Source: Utricularia gibba (taxonomy: Eukaryota > Plantae > Magnoliophyta). From it: 64,000 bases of DNA. The position numbers and the translations under genes were made by a program. Shown here piece after piece: positions 25,051 to 38,200 of the stretch; within the stretch, counting starts at the first letter, position 1, and each line of letters begins with the position of its first letter. Under the pieces are notes generated by a model. It searched no databases, was not told the DNA's origin, and saw only the letters and a program-made list of their open reading frames with translations. Location of the stretch: NCBI GenBank assembly GCA_002189035.1, contig CM007992.1, positions 2,232,001 through 2,296,000 of the forward strand. The letters run 5' to 3'.

Positions 25051-26372
25051 ATTGGTATCGGAGCATGGATGAGGTCCATGGGGTGCTGAAGCTGACGTCC
25101 ACGAACTATTCATTGTGGCGATCCAACACCTTTGTTGCAAGAGGAATTACGTCGCAAGAATACCATTGCTGGGAAAAGTGGCGACCTCAAAAATACACTA
25201 GCTTTTGGAGATGGAAATTTCAGGGGAAGATCACAAGACCGGCAAGGAAGGTGTGAGTGAGATAAGTCCAAATGTAGGGACAAATCTCAAGGGGCTGATG
25301 GTAAGTATGCTAAAAAATATGAATCACGGTCTTGTTTCTTCTATGGAAAAAAGGGCCATTTGAGAAAGGATTGTCGTGGGTATAAACGTGCCCAACAAGA
25401 GAAGAAGGACACGAAGACGTCTGATAATGCTGAGATGAATACCTCAGCATACCTTAGTGAAATTGATGATGACCTTTTAGTGTTGCTTGTAGCAGAGGCC
25501 GGAGAAGCGGGGCTTGTTAACTCTTGGTTTGTAGATTCGGCTGCTTCGTTTCATGCCTCTCCATTTCGTGATGGTTTGCTGAATTATAAGCCATGCAATT
25601 CTAGTACGGTGAGGATGGGAAATCAATCGGTGTTTGAGATTGCTGGAATTGGTGACTTGGTAGTCATCATAGATCTGGGTGCACCACTAAAGCTGACTGA
25701 AGTCAGACATGTTACATCGTTGCGTGTAAATTTACTCTCTGCAGGTGAGCTGGATGTTGTAGGGTTTCGGCATAGTCTCGGTGCACAAACCTGGAAATTA
25801 ATTAGAGGTTCTATGAAGGTTGCTACTAGCACTATGGTTGGAAGGCTCTATCTGACAGAGTTAAAACCTGTAACCCAAGGGATATTGGCAGCAGCAGAGC
25901 GGGATGTGATTTATGACATATGGCATCGACGGTTAGGCCATCTCTCAGAATCTAGAATTCAGAAATTAATTCGGAATCAGCTGATAAATACATGCAATGC
26001 ATCAGCGGTTTGTGAAGACTGCATCTATGGAAAACAACACAGCGTTGCTTTCAAGTCAATGATATACAAGAGTAAGAACAAGCTGGATGTTATCTTTTCT
26101 GATGTAGGTGGTCCGGTGAACGTTCCAACAGCAGGAGGCATGAGGCATTACCTAACCTTTGTTGATGATGCCATCCGCAAGTCATGGGTCTACTTGGTGA
26201 ATTGAAAATCAGAGGTGTTTGAGTGTTTCAAGCAGTTCGATGTCATGGTGGAATGGGAAACGGGTATGAAGCTGAAATGCTTGTGGACTGAAAATGGTGG
26301 GGAGTATTGCAGCACAGAATTCAAACAATACTGTCTAGATCTGGGTATCAAGAAGGTATCAATGGAACCAGG

Positions 26373-29300
26373 TGATGCGTGTCGTTTCCACAACAAATTT
26401 TAATACTTTTAAAACTCGTAAAACACAAAAGTGTAGTACGGGTGTTGAACACAGAGAGTTGTTTTTAGGTGAAAGGTGAGGTACCCCGAATACAACTATC
26501 ATGATTTGTAAACGGTTTTGAAAGCAAAAGGTGCGAGAAACGTTGGTGATGAAGCATGAGTAAGGGAATAAGAGAGGGTTTGAATAAACTACTGAAATAA
26601 ATGTAAGTGATGAACCTTAAATAAAGTAAATGTTCCTGGGTTTGGATCCCGTCCAGCTATGTTCGTTGCGTCTTCACTCTTCTTTGGTCTTCTTGAGTAC
26701 TTAGTTATAGGAGTAAGGAATTGCCTACCCTCTTTTACACTCTCTTGCAAGAAGGCACGGGAATAGCTCGATGTTGCTCCTCCTTGGATGAATGTGAGAA
26801 TACGAGGTCCTGCAACCGTACCATCACGGTCGAATTGCACGCGTGTACCCGAGTGTTTGTATGCCATGGCCTCGACCCACTTAGAAATGTAATCAACAAC
26901 AAGAAGGATATAAATCTTTCCCTTTGATGAAGGGAATGATCCCATGAAGTCAATACCCCAAGCATCGAAAATTTCGCACATCACAATGGGCTGAAGTGGC
27001 ATTTGGTCCCTGAAACCTAAGCCTCCACCTCTTTGGCAATTCGGGCATGCCTTGCAATGAAGGTATGCATCTCAAAAATTCACAATGTCTGTGTACCAGG
27101 GACTTCCATCACGGATCATGAATAAGTGTTCATCAAGGAAGTTGCCATCAATGGGGCTGGATGCTTCTCTAGAGGTAATGCGGCTAAGATGATCTACCAC
27201 CAAATTCTCGCATCAATTCTTATCTCGAATTTCTATGCCAAACTCCTGGAGCAATAGGATCCATCTGATAAGACAAGGTTTTGAATCCTTTTTGTTGAGG
27301 AGATACTTCAATGATGCATGATCGGAGTAAACAATGATCTTGGCTCCAAGCAAGTAGGGTCGGAATTTTTCCAATGCAAAAATGATGGCTAAAAGCTCCT
27401 TCTCTGTTGTCGTATAATTCCGCTGTGCATCATCTAGACATTTTGAGGCATAGTGGATCACATGTGATCCCTTCTCCAATTTCTGTCCTAGGACCGCTCC
27501 TAATGCTACATCACTAGCGTCACACATGAGCTCAAAAGGCAAATTCCAGTTAGGAGCCTGAATGATAGGGGCCGAAACAAGTCTTTCTTTCAAGGTATCA
27601 AAAGCTAACCGACAATTTTCATCAAAAGTGAAATCAACATCTTTGTGTAACAAGGCACATAAGGGGGATGCAATTTTCGAAAAATCTTGGATAAACCTTC
27701 TATAGAATCCCGCATGACCAGGAAAGGAGCGAATGTCTCGAACACAAGTAGGGTAAGGTAGTTTTTGGATTACCTCAACCTTTGCTTTGTCCACTTCAAT
27801 TCCTCTCTTGGAAACTATATGTTCCAAAATGATGCCTTGCTCAATCATAAAATGACACTTCTCATAGTTAAGCACAAGGTTAGTCTTAACACATCTTTTC
27901 AAAATCAAAGATAAGTTTCCTAAGCATTCATCAAAACTATTGCCATAAACAATGAAATCATCCATGAAGACCTCAATAATTTCTTCCACATACTCCGAAA
28001 AGATACTCACCATGCATCTTTGGAAAGTGGTAGGTGCATTGCATAATCCAAATGGCATCCTATAATAGGCAAAAGTTCCAAAAGGGCAGACAAAAACTAC
28101 CTTTGATTGATCTTCAAGAGCCACGGGAATTTGATGTAAACCGGAGTATCCATCCAAGCAACAATAATGGCTCTTCCCTGCAAGTCGTTCAAGCATTTGA
28201 TCTATAAAAGGAAGGGGATAGTGGTCTTTCCTGCTGGCAGAATTAAGCTTGCGATAGTCCACACACATCCTCCAACCATTTTGCACTCATGTGGGAATAA
28301 GTTCCCCTTGTTCATTGTTTATCACTGTGATACCAGTCATCTTTGGGACAACCTGCACACGGCTAACCCACTCACTGTCAGAGATATGATAAATGATACC
28401 TGCGGATAACAGCTTCAAAATCTCCTTCTTGACCACTTCCACCATCGGGGGGTTCAGTCTCCTCTGTGGCTGTCGAAATGGCTTCGTCCCATCCTCTAGG
28501 TAAATCCTGTGAGTGCAAATAGAAGGCTGATTCCCTTGATGTTAGCTAAAGTCCAACCAATTGCTTGTTTGTACTCTTGAAGCATAGCCTTAAGCTTCTC
28601 CTCCTGTTCCAAGGTTAGTAAACTAGAAACAATAACGGGTAGGGTCTCATCATCACCAAGAAACAAATATTTCAAATGTTCGGGCAAAGTCTTTAACTCT
28701 AATGATGGTGCTCAAATAACGGAAGGCACTAGCGGCTCGCTAGGTGTTTCTAAGCTAAGAAAAGAAACATCCTGCACATTAGGTTCATCGGGTGGATCAT
28801 CTGAATGATTAAAGACTTCAAGTTCAGCAAAAGGAAAGTCTTCATATTGAAAAATTTCCATGTCTAAATCACATTCGGGCCCTTGTTCATGGATCATCGC
28901 ATAGTGATCAGTGTCAATTTCACATGTGGAGATCGCATGTATCTCACTGATCTGATCAGGATGCTTCATGGCTTTATCAAGACTGAAATTCAGCACCTGC
29001 TCGTTGAATTGAAGACTAATGGTGCTTGTTTGAACATCAATCTTTGTACCTATAGTTGCCATGAATGGGCGTCTCAAAATAATGGACTCCGAAACCTTAG
29101 GTTTATCACTTTCCATGGGAATAACCAAAAAGTCAGCTAGAAAAACTAAATCCTTAACATGAACAAAAACATCTTCAATTCTACCATCTGGTAACTTGTG
29201 ATCTATCTGTTAATTGGCATACGACATTCGTCGGTTCAAGTTTGCCTAACTTAGATGTAAGAGACAAATAGAGAGATCTAGGCATGACATTAACCGAGGC

Positions 29301-31473
29301 ACCAAGATCACACATAGCTACTGAAATCTTTGTATTTCCAATGGTAACGAGAATTGAAAACATATCGGGATCCCTACACTTACGTGGCATTCTCCTTTGA
29401 ATGATGGTTGAAATGTTTTCAGTCAAAGGGATCACTTCTTATTCCACCTTTGCTTTCTTCTGCGGGTCACATAGGTCCTTCAGCAACTTGGCATACTTGG
29501 GGACCTGTTCAATCATATCAAGAAGAGGAATAGAAACATTAACCTTCTTCATCATTTCCATAAAAGTTTTCAGTCCTTTCTTGTCCTTGTTGCTTCTTCG
29601 AAGCCTCATCGAGAAGGGTGGCAGTATGACCAAAGGCTTGGTCTGGGAAACTTCAATTGCCTCCTTCTCTTGAACATCTTCAAGTAGCTTCGGAACATCA
29701 TTGTTTTGCACTGGTGAGTCATCTAGATCGTCACCAATGATTTCTTCATCAACATCAGAATCACTGTCTATGACCTCCAGCTCCTTTTCTTCGGACCTAT
29801 CTACCTTGTTTGTGAACCATTGGTAAGGGTTTGATAGCTCAGTCCCACTTCTTAGCGAGATGGCATTTATGTGCTCTGGATGCTGCAAGATTTGGCCTTT
29901 AGTGAGTCCATGCTGAGGGTAGGAGTTGCAGATTCGATTGAAACGATCATAATACTCTTGCAAGTTTTCTCCTTCACTCTGCATCATGGTTGTTAAGGCT
30001 CTCCTTCCGGCTGAAGCTCTTCCTAATGGTGCATAGCGATCTAAGAACTTTTGAACCATCTTCTCCCATGTGGCGATAGATGAAGGGGAAGTCCATAGAG
30101 CCACTCCAAAGCTCGTTCGGTAAGACTGAAGGGAAATACTCTAAGTTTGACCTGATTCTCCGTGGCTCCCTTGGGGCACATGGATGCACAAGCCGTGTTC
30201 AACTCACGTAGATGACGGTTAGGGTCATCATTTTCCCTTCCAGCAAAATTTGGAAGCGTCTAGAATAAGTAAGGACGTTGCTCATAGTCTTCTTCTCCAT
30301 CGAAAATGATGCATAAGGGACGGTCAGAGTGATTTGCAATGATTTCCTCCTTGATAGTCCGTAGTGCTGGTCCATAGTTAGTGGGAACTAGTACTGGAAA
30401 GTTTCCATGAGGTTGTTCTCCCAGGGTCTCAGGCACTACTGAAAAGTTTCCATGATGTCTCCAGTGGTTGAATAGGACGATTGCTCTCTCTTTTTGGCAA
30501 TAAAGTTTCATTCAACCTCTTGGTCCAAAGGATATAGAACTTCTCGGAAAGATCTCAGGCTTGGACGAGCCCTTGATGGACCTGGCTGCATAAAAAGAGA
30601 AAAATAGAGCAGAAACGGAAACAAGAAAAGAAACAAGGAAAAGAAAGAAAAAAGAAAAAAAAAAGAAAAAGAAAAGAAGACAAAAGGGAAAAATAAAATG
30701 AAACTCACACACATAACACCAAACACAAAAAATTCAACTCCCCGACAATGGCGCCAAAAATTTGATGTGTGTCACAAAAATGTAAGCGATGAACCTTAAA
30801 TAAAGTAAATGTTCCGGGGTTTGGAATCCTGTCCAGCTATGTTTTTGTATCTTCACTCTTCTCTGGTCTTCTTGAGTACTCGGTTATAGGAGTAAGGAAT
30901 TGCCTATCCTCCCTTACACTCTCTTGCAAGAAGGCATGGGAATAGCCCAATATTGCTCCTCCTTGGATGTACGTGAGAATAAGAGGTTCTGCCAGCATAC
31001 CCTCACGGCTGAATTGCGCGCGTGTGCCCGAGTGTTGCCAATGACCAGAATGGAACTTCAATGAGAGTCTGAGATTTCGTGTTCCTGGGGTTCTACTAAA
31101 CTTGGGATGACTTGCAAGCAACGTCTAACACTAGTACACTAATGATGTTGCCTGTCAGAGACTCCCTTGTTCCGCACGTCAAGGCTCATGATTAAGCGTC
31201 TGCAGTCTTCCGGAAATCAAGGGAATGTCAGCTTGGGAAGATGCAATTTGTCGCCATCTGATGCTCTCTTTCTCTCACTTGCTGCCATGTGTGCACCTCT
31301 AGAAAAACTCAATTAAAACTAGTAAAATTAATAGATAAAATACAAGATTTAGGATAATTACCCTAAACTAGATAAAAACCTAAATCTCATATTATAGACT
31401 CGTAATTAGACACTTCTAATAACATTAAGACATAAAAGCAGCCTAAGAAATAGTAAGAAAATAGCACTTAACA
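26373..31473 (-). mobile_element. Ty3/gypsy Athila-type element nested in Tork integrase, heavily internally deleted
   Basis: CCAGG TSD at 26368-26372 and 31474-31478. Minus-strand ends TGTTAAGTGC...CGCATCA. tRNA-Asp-type PBS TGGCGCCATTGTCGGGGA (30756-30739). Gag LPNFAG..DPNRHL, protease [24 protein letters not shown]...VFMDDF, RNase [13 protein letters not shown] and integrase FDAWGIDFMG. Partial LTRs at 30763-31473 and 26373-~26858. Confidence 0.95.
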
Positions 31474-33675
31474 CCAGGGACCCCACAGCATAACCCAATT
31501 GCAGAACGCTTGAATCAAACTCTATTCGATAAGGTGAGGTGTATGCTCAAAGGTGGTGAGCTGCCTGGTAAATTCTGGGGTGAGGCTTTAAAAACAGCCT
31601 GTTATCTGTCAAATCGAAGTCCCAAGAAGGCCCTGGAATTTCGGATACCAAAAGAATTATGATCAGGATGGTCTGTGAATCTACATCATTTACGTGTGTT
31701 TGGTTGTAAATCATTTGTTCTTGTTCCAAGTGAGCAGAGAAGGAAGTTGGATGATCACTCCAGACCGTGTGTGTTTCTAGGATTTGGAGACACAGAGAAG
31801 GGATATCGTTTATGGGATCCTGCAGCAAGCAAAATCGTGAGATCTAGGGATGTTGAGTTTTTGGAAGATCAGAAAAGTGCAGGGGTAGAAACAGGGACGT
31901 TACAGCCAGAGGTGCAATTGAACTTGGAGTTTCAGCGATGTAATAGCAGTGATGAAGCTTCAGCAGACAGTTTGCTGAAGAGATCACACGAGAGGTATCT
32001 CATTCTGAAGAACCTACTGCTCATGGACACACATCAGCAGCAGCATCGCAACCTGTGCAGAGATCTTCTAGAGGTATTGTACCTAGCACCAGGTACACAC
32101 CTGCAGAATTTATTTTCATTACGGAAGAAGCTGAACCAGAAACGGTTGCTGAAGTGCTACAAGCGCCAGATAAATCTCAGTGGCTGGAAGCAATGAAAGA
32201 AGAAATGCACTCAGTGTGGCAGAACAACACATATGAGCTTACGAATTTGCCATAGGGAAGAAGAGCATTAGATAACAAATGGATTTTTAAGTTGAAGCGA
32301 AATCCTGATGATAGTGTTAGGTACAATGCAAGGATTGTGGTTAAGGGGTTTAACCAGAAAGAGGGTGTGGATTATCAAGAAATTTTCTCCCCTATAGCCA
32401 AGATTTCAGTTATTCAGATTCTTCTGTCATTTGCAGCAATGTTGGACTTGGAGTTGCATCAAATGGATGTGAAAACCGCATTTTTGCATGGAGAATTAGA
32501 AGAGGAGATTTTTATGAAACAAATTCCTGGATTTATTCAGCAAGGAAGTGAACATTTAGTATGCAAACTCAAGAGAAGCTTGTATGGTTTGAAGCAGGCT
32601 CCTAGACAATGGAATCAAAAGTTTGATGCCTACATGATTGAGCTGGGTTATCATAAATCAATATCTGATTCATGTGTTTATTTCCAGAGGTTTTCTGATG
32701 ATATTCTCATACTTGTGCTCTACGTGGATGACATGTTGCTGTTAAGCCAGTAGCTGGGTTTGATAAATCGATTGAAGCAATAGCTCAGTAGGGCATTTGA
32801 GATGAAGGATCTTGGAGAAGCCAAATATATTTTGGGCATTGACATTTCACGGAATCGAGGCACAGGCAGTGCATCATTGTGTCAGATGCGGTATATCAAA
32901 CAGGTGATTAAAAAGTTTGGCATGTCTGAGAGTAAGTACCAATGAACCCATTAATTATATTATCTACTGGGTCTTTTTCGACATCAGAGAGTGAAAGTGA
33001 GGAGACAAAGACTCTACCTTTTGCGTCTCTAGTTAGTTCGGTTATGTATATAATGCTAGGCACGAGACCAGATATTGCCTACACTGTTAGTCGCATCAGC
33101 AGATTTATGGGAGGCACCTAAGTGGCTTTTGCGCTATCTCAAAGGAATATGGGTCAAAAGCTGGTATTCCCCAGGTGTATGTGGACTCAGATTTAGCAAG
33201 GGATGTGGACACCTGCAGGTTAACTACAGGCTTGATTACTATGCTAGGCGGTGTTGGTGTTATTTGGATGTCATCTCTGCAGAAAAGTGTAACATTATCC
33301 TCCACAGAAGCAGAGTACATGGCACTTGCATAAGCTGGAAAAGAGGCTGTGTGGCTGGATTGGTTTCTGGAAGAGTTTGGTTGGAAAAATCCAAATCAGA
33401 AGGTGCAGATATTGTATGATAATCAGAGTGCAATAGCCCTCAGTAAGCATGGTGCACACCATTCTCGTACCAAGCATATAGACATCAGATATCACTAGAT
33501 CCGTGAATTGCTAAGTGAGAATCGGGTTAAGTTGCTGAAGGTAAGTACGGAGCAGAATGTTACTGATTTAATGACAAAAAGTCTGGCTTCTTCGAGGCAC
33601 TTGATGCTGTTGAAAGAAGCTAGGCTACGCTTGCAGTGTTGATGCAGTATAGACCTTCCAGCCTGAGGGGGTGAT

Positions 33676-34102
33676 TGTGGAAACTCACGTGGTTCCATGT
33701 ACATGCTGGAAGGTACACATGTTGAGCCTAAGAGAGATGAGGGGCTTGACGGTTATCCCATGATCAGCAGTAGTTGCAGCAGGCATGATCATAGGAGGTG
33801 GTGTGGGAGAATCATGTCTGTTACGGGGGTGCTGAGGGTTGGGTGCTGCTGTGTGTCAAATAGAGCATCTTCATCAAGGCTGCAAGGAAGGGTGTAGTAT
33901 TTGCTATGTGTGTTGCCTTTCCTATTGTATTGATTACCCAAACATAGTGACATTCTCACTGTTGGGAGTTGCTCTCAACACCAGGAGGTTTCCGCATTGT
34001 TAGGGTTTACTTGGCTAAATCGCTGTCTCCTTTCCCTAATTATACGATGCGTACAAGCACTACGTGCAGGTGGCTGGGCTATATTTATTTGATGCGCTTA
34101 CA
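33676..34102 (+). repeat. 3' LTR of the Tork-like element (427 bp)
   Basis: Direct repeat of 24602-25050 with a 21-bp deletion, a 1-bp deletion and about 29 substitutions counted by eye. Confidence 0.95.
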
Positions 34103-34474
34103 ATACATTTGATATGAGTCTTCATTATCAAGGGTAACTCTCTCGCACCTTTGATGCTGACCAATCGAGTGACAACTAAAGACAATTGAAGATATAATGA
34201 GCTTAGACGATGATGATTGATGAAGCCATTAGGAAACAAAGCACAATACAACACAACAAAAGAACTTGGCATGTTTCTTTTATACTTTAGATAATTGAGA
34301 TAATACTATAAACACTAGATAATAGCATTGTTTTCAAATGATGATAAATAAAAAGTTTTTATGTGATGTCTAAAATCATTCTATTTATGGTGCGATGAAT
34401 GTGGTTCAGCCATGCACTTATCAATGGGTTGACGCTGGAGAATGATGATGAACATTTATGAACTCGAAGATCTT

Positions 34475-35263
34475 TGTTCAGTGTCATTTTCTAGTTTATT
34501 ATTATGTATTATTAGGTGTTAATCTTGTATTAAGTCGCCCGAATAAGGAGTCTTATTGTTAAATATTTGATTTTATTAGAAAATTTCTCTTTTTCTATTT
34601 TGTATATATTTTTTTTGTCTTTTTCGTGCACTTTGATCGAGATATGTCAGGAGGCAGTCGTGGAGTAGCAAGAGATCAAACTCTGACTTTTCGTGCCTTG
34701 CACGCAACTTGGAACAGCTGTGGGTTTAAGATTGACATTAGTGAAGGCCCCTGACATATGGTATATCAGAGTCTGCAGCAATGATTGGATGCTAACTTGC
34801 ATGTAAAGAAAAGCTGGTGGCGCACGCAAGACAGAAGGAATGATGGGAAGAGGACCAGAAGGAGTTAATGCACAATAGGGAGTGATATAAAAGCAACTTG
34901 GAACACTTATTTTGAGATTTTGAGATTTTTGGATTTTTGACGTTATCTTTGTACTTAGAACTTTTCAGTTCTTCCTCTCTCTCAAGGGAGGAAGAACACT
35001 TAGCTTTTATTTTCATTTCTGTTTTCATGGCCCTTTTGGGCTAAACTCTTTTAATTTTTGGGAGTAGATGAAGTTTCCTTTCAAGTCATGAGCATTCCAC
35101 TCGGTTCTTCATAAGATTCACTCCAGATTTCGCATACTTCCACGCATTTTGTTGCAGTCTTTCTGTAACAACTCTTAGTCACGGTCCAGGAGTAGCAGGC
35201 CACTCTTTGTGGATTTTAATGAAAGAACTGAATGGTAGGATGGTTACCAATGCGTGCACTGGT
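34475..35263 (+). mobile_element. Athila-family LTR fragment (5' portion), interrupted by a copia insertion
   Basis: Starts TGTTCAGTGTCATTTTCTAG and aligns along its length with the reverse complement of ~45230-45862 and with 46328 onward (e.g. GAACTTTT..TTCTT.CTCTC..CAAGGGAGGAAGAACAC). Confidence 0.75.
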
Positions 35264-38200
35264 TGTTATGGGATCAGAATTTTCACACTAGTTACACAGC
35301 TAGTGAGGGTTGGACGAATCAAAAGAGCAATGCATTGATTTGATAAAAAAGCAGTTTTGATTGATGAATATCAGCACATTACCAGCAGCTATTTTTGTGC
35401 CAAAAACAATTAAAGACTAAGACAAACAAACGGAACTTAAAGACAACGGAAAAAATAACAGAAACCCGTAAGTGGGTGAGTGGACTTGTTCATGACACCA
35501 TAATTTTCGAAGAGGTGGTTGAGGACTTGAAGCGTGGCTAACTAAGTTAGGAACTGACGTGGATCATGTTTTTATCACTGATATTGAGGCTTGCTAACTT
35601 CATATGATCCAACAGACTCCCCCTTGAAGTCAGCACTACTCACAAGTCCAAGCTTGCTCCGGAATGCTGCAAACATACCAACTGACAGAGGCTTGGTCAG
35701 CATATCTGCAAGCTGCAATTCTATAGGACAGTATTCAACACATATTTGCTGATCCTCAAGCAATTCTCTCACGGCATGATACTTGATAGAAATATACTTG
35801 GTTCGACCATGAAACACAGGATCTTTGATCATGGCAATTGCACTTGAAGAATCACAATGAAGCTTAGTTGCCACAGTCTGCTCCAAACCTAGATCTTTCA
35901 GCGTTTTTCGCAACCATACAGCATTGTTTGCTACTAAGGAAGCAACAATGTATTCAGCTTCTGCTGTTGATTGAGCAACAAGGCTTTGTTTTTTGGAACT
36001 CCAGCTGATCATTGCAGTTCCAATGTGGAAAACATAGCCACTTGTACTTCGAAAATCTGCATCACCAATAAAGTTTGCATCAACATAGCCTTCAAGCTGA
36101 GGAGTTAGATTTTTGTGATAGAGTAGGCCATAGTCTTAAGTGCCAGCAACATAGTGAAGAATTCGTTTAACACAAGTGAGCAGGTTTGCTGTTGGTTGAT
36201 GTATGTAGCGAGAGATAAAACCAATAGCTTGTGCTAAGTTTGGTCTAGTGTTGGTTAAGAACATGAGGCATCCAATCATGGCCCTCACAAGTGTACTCTC
36301 GAGCTTGGGAATGGTTTGTGTCACTAGATCAATAGCTTTAGTACCTGCTAAGAGTGGAGTGGATACAAGAGTGCAATCTGCAAGATCAAATCAATGCAAC
36401 ATATTCCTTACATATTTGCCTTGCGTGATTAGTACACCCTCTGCTAATTGTTGTACTTCCATGCTCAAAAACTGATTCATAAGCCCAAGATCAGTCATTT
36501 GAAACTTGGTTCTCATGAACTCCTTGAAATGAGTAATGAAGCATTCATCCTCCCCTGTAATAAGTGTGTCATCAACATAAATGACTATCACTAGAAAATG
36601 CTTGGTCGAAGGATGCTTCACAAATAACACAGCTTTGTTTTGACTCTTTTCAAACCCAAAGTCCAGTAGGGCTGCTTTAAGCTTAGAGTACCAAGCTCTA
36701 GGAGCCTGTTTCAAACCATAGAGAGCTTTTGACAGCAGAACAACCTGATGATTGTTCACCTCAAAACCTGGTGGTTGGACTGCATATATTCGTTCTTACA
36801 ACTCACCATTTAAAAAGGCAGATTTCACATCCAATTTGATGGATGTTCCAGTGTTTTTGAGCTGATATTAATAGAATCAACTGTATGGTGTCAAACCGAG
36901 CAACTGGTGCGAAAGTCTCAAAATAATCTACACCATGTTCTTGAGAATACCAATTTGCCACAAGTGTAGCTTTGTATTTTTGGACACTACCATCAGGATT
37001 TGTTTTGATCCGGAATACCCATTTTAAGCCAACTATATTTGCATCATGTGGGGCATCAACCAATGTCCAAGTACTATGCTACTCGATCATATTGAGTTCA
37101 GTTAACATAGCTTCTCTCCAATGAGGAAGAAGCAAAGCCTCAGTGATAGTATCTGGTCTAGTTTCTGGGATTGCCACATTTGCATACTCATAAACCTCTG
37201 ATAGTAGTTTGGTTCGAGTAGGAGGTGAGTCAGAAGATGTGGAATCAGAACCTGGAGTTGCAAAAGGCATCAGATTATCATCCGGTATTTGTTCACCACC
37301 TGCATTATTTACCTCAAGGTGATGATCAGCCTCTGAATTTGGATCTGGCTGTTGCAAAGGTGCATCATCATCTAAGTCTTGCTCTGTCCAATCATACAAT
37401 GTGGCCATATCAAAATCTTCACGTTTATGATTACCTGTATTGATTAGACAACGTTTAAGAGTGTTTGGATGGCTAGAAGACCAGTTCCAAATGTATGCTT
37501 CATCTATCCTCACTCTTATAGCAATTTGCAGACTTATGGTTAAAGGATTAAAGATTCGATATCCCTTTGTGACTTAAGAATAGCCAACCAGAATCCTTGT
37601 AGCACCCTTGGCATCCAGTTTTGTTCGTGCTACTGGTGTGGTTAGATAATAGACCACTGATCCAAAATTCGCAAATGTTGACAAGATGGAGTAACTCCTG
37701 TCCATTTTTCATATGCATTTACACCATTTAGTGCCTTACTAGGAAGCCGATTTTGAAGATAAACAGCAGTAGCTACAACCTCTCCCCATAGGAAATTTAA
37801 CACTTGTTTGTCTGGGAGTAGACATCTCACCATTGACATGATGCTTCGGTTTATCCTCTCAACCACCCCATTTTGAGATGGAGTATGAGGGACAATTTTA
37901 TGATGTAAAATTCCCTGCTGCTGCAAGAAAACTTCAAATATTGTAGAGCCAAATTCTCCACCATTATTTGTATGTAAGCATTTGAGTGGAAGGCCACTCT
38001 CTTTTTCTGCATAAGCCTTGAAGACTAGAAATTTTTCATATGCATCAGCTTTGTATCTCAAGAAGTATACCTAGCAATAGTGCGTAAATTCATCAATAAA
38101 GGTTAAAAAAAATACTTACTTCCTCCTAATGAATCGACTTTCATTGGCCCACAAAGATCTGAGTGCACCAACACCAACTTTACAGTAGCTCTGAAGTTAG

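Larger units (their letters stand above)
24602..34102 (+). mobile_element. Ty1/copia retrotransposon (Tork/Tnt1-like) with both LTRs and TSD, interrupted by an Athila element
   Basis: LTRs at 24602-25050 and 33676-34102 (TG...CA). ATACA TSD at 24597-24601 and 34103-34107. PBS TGGTATCGGAGC (25053-25064) and PPT GAGGGGGTGAT (33665-33675). Protease WFVDSAASFH, WHRRLGHLS, integrase [19 protein letters not shown]...LYVDDML and RNase H HSRTKHIDIRYH. Degenerate. Confidence 0.96.

Noticed and set aside
30508-30726. Phe/Leu-rich ORFs resembling membrane proteins (also 41025-41378)
   Set aside because: They are translations of purine/pyrimidine tracts in Athila untranslated regions.
34647-34829. Similar ORFs at 34647-34829 (-) and 45575-45769 (+)
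   Set aside because: Both are antisense frames of homologous Athila LTR sequence.
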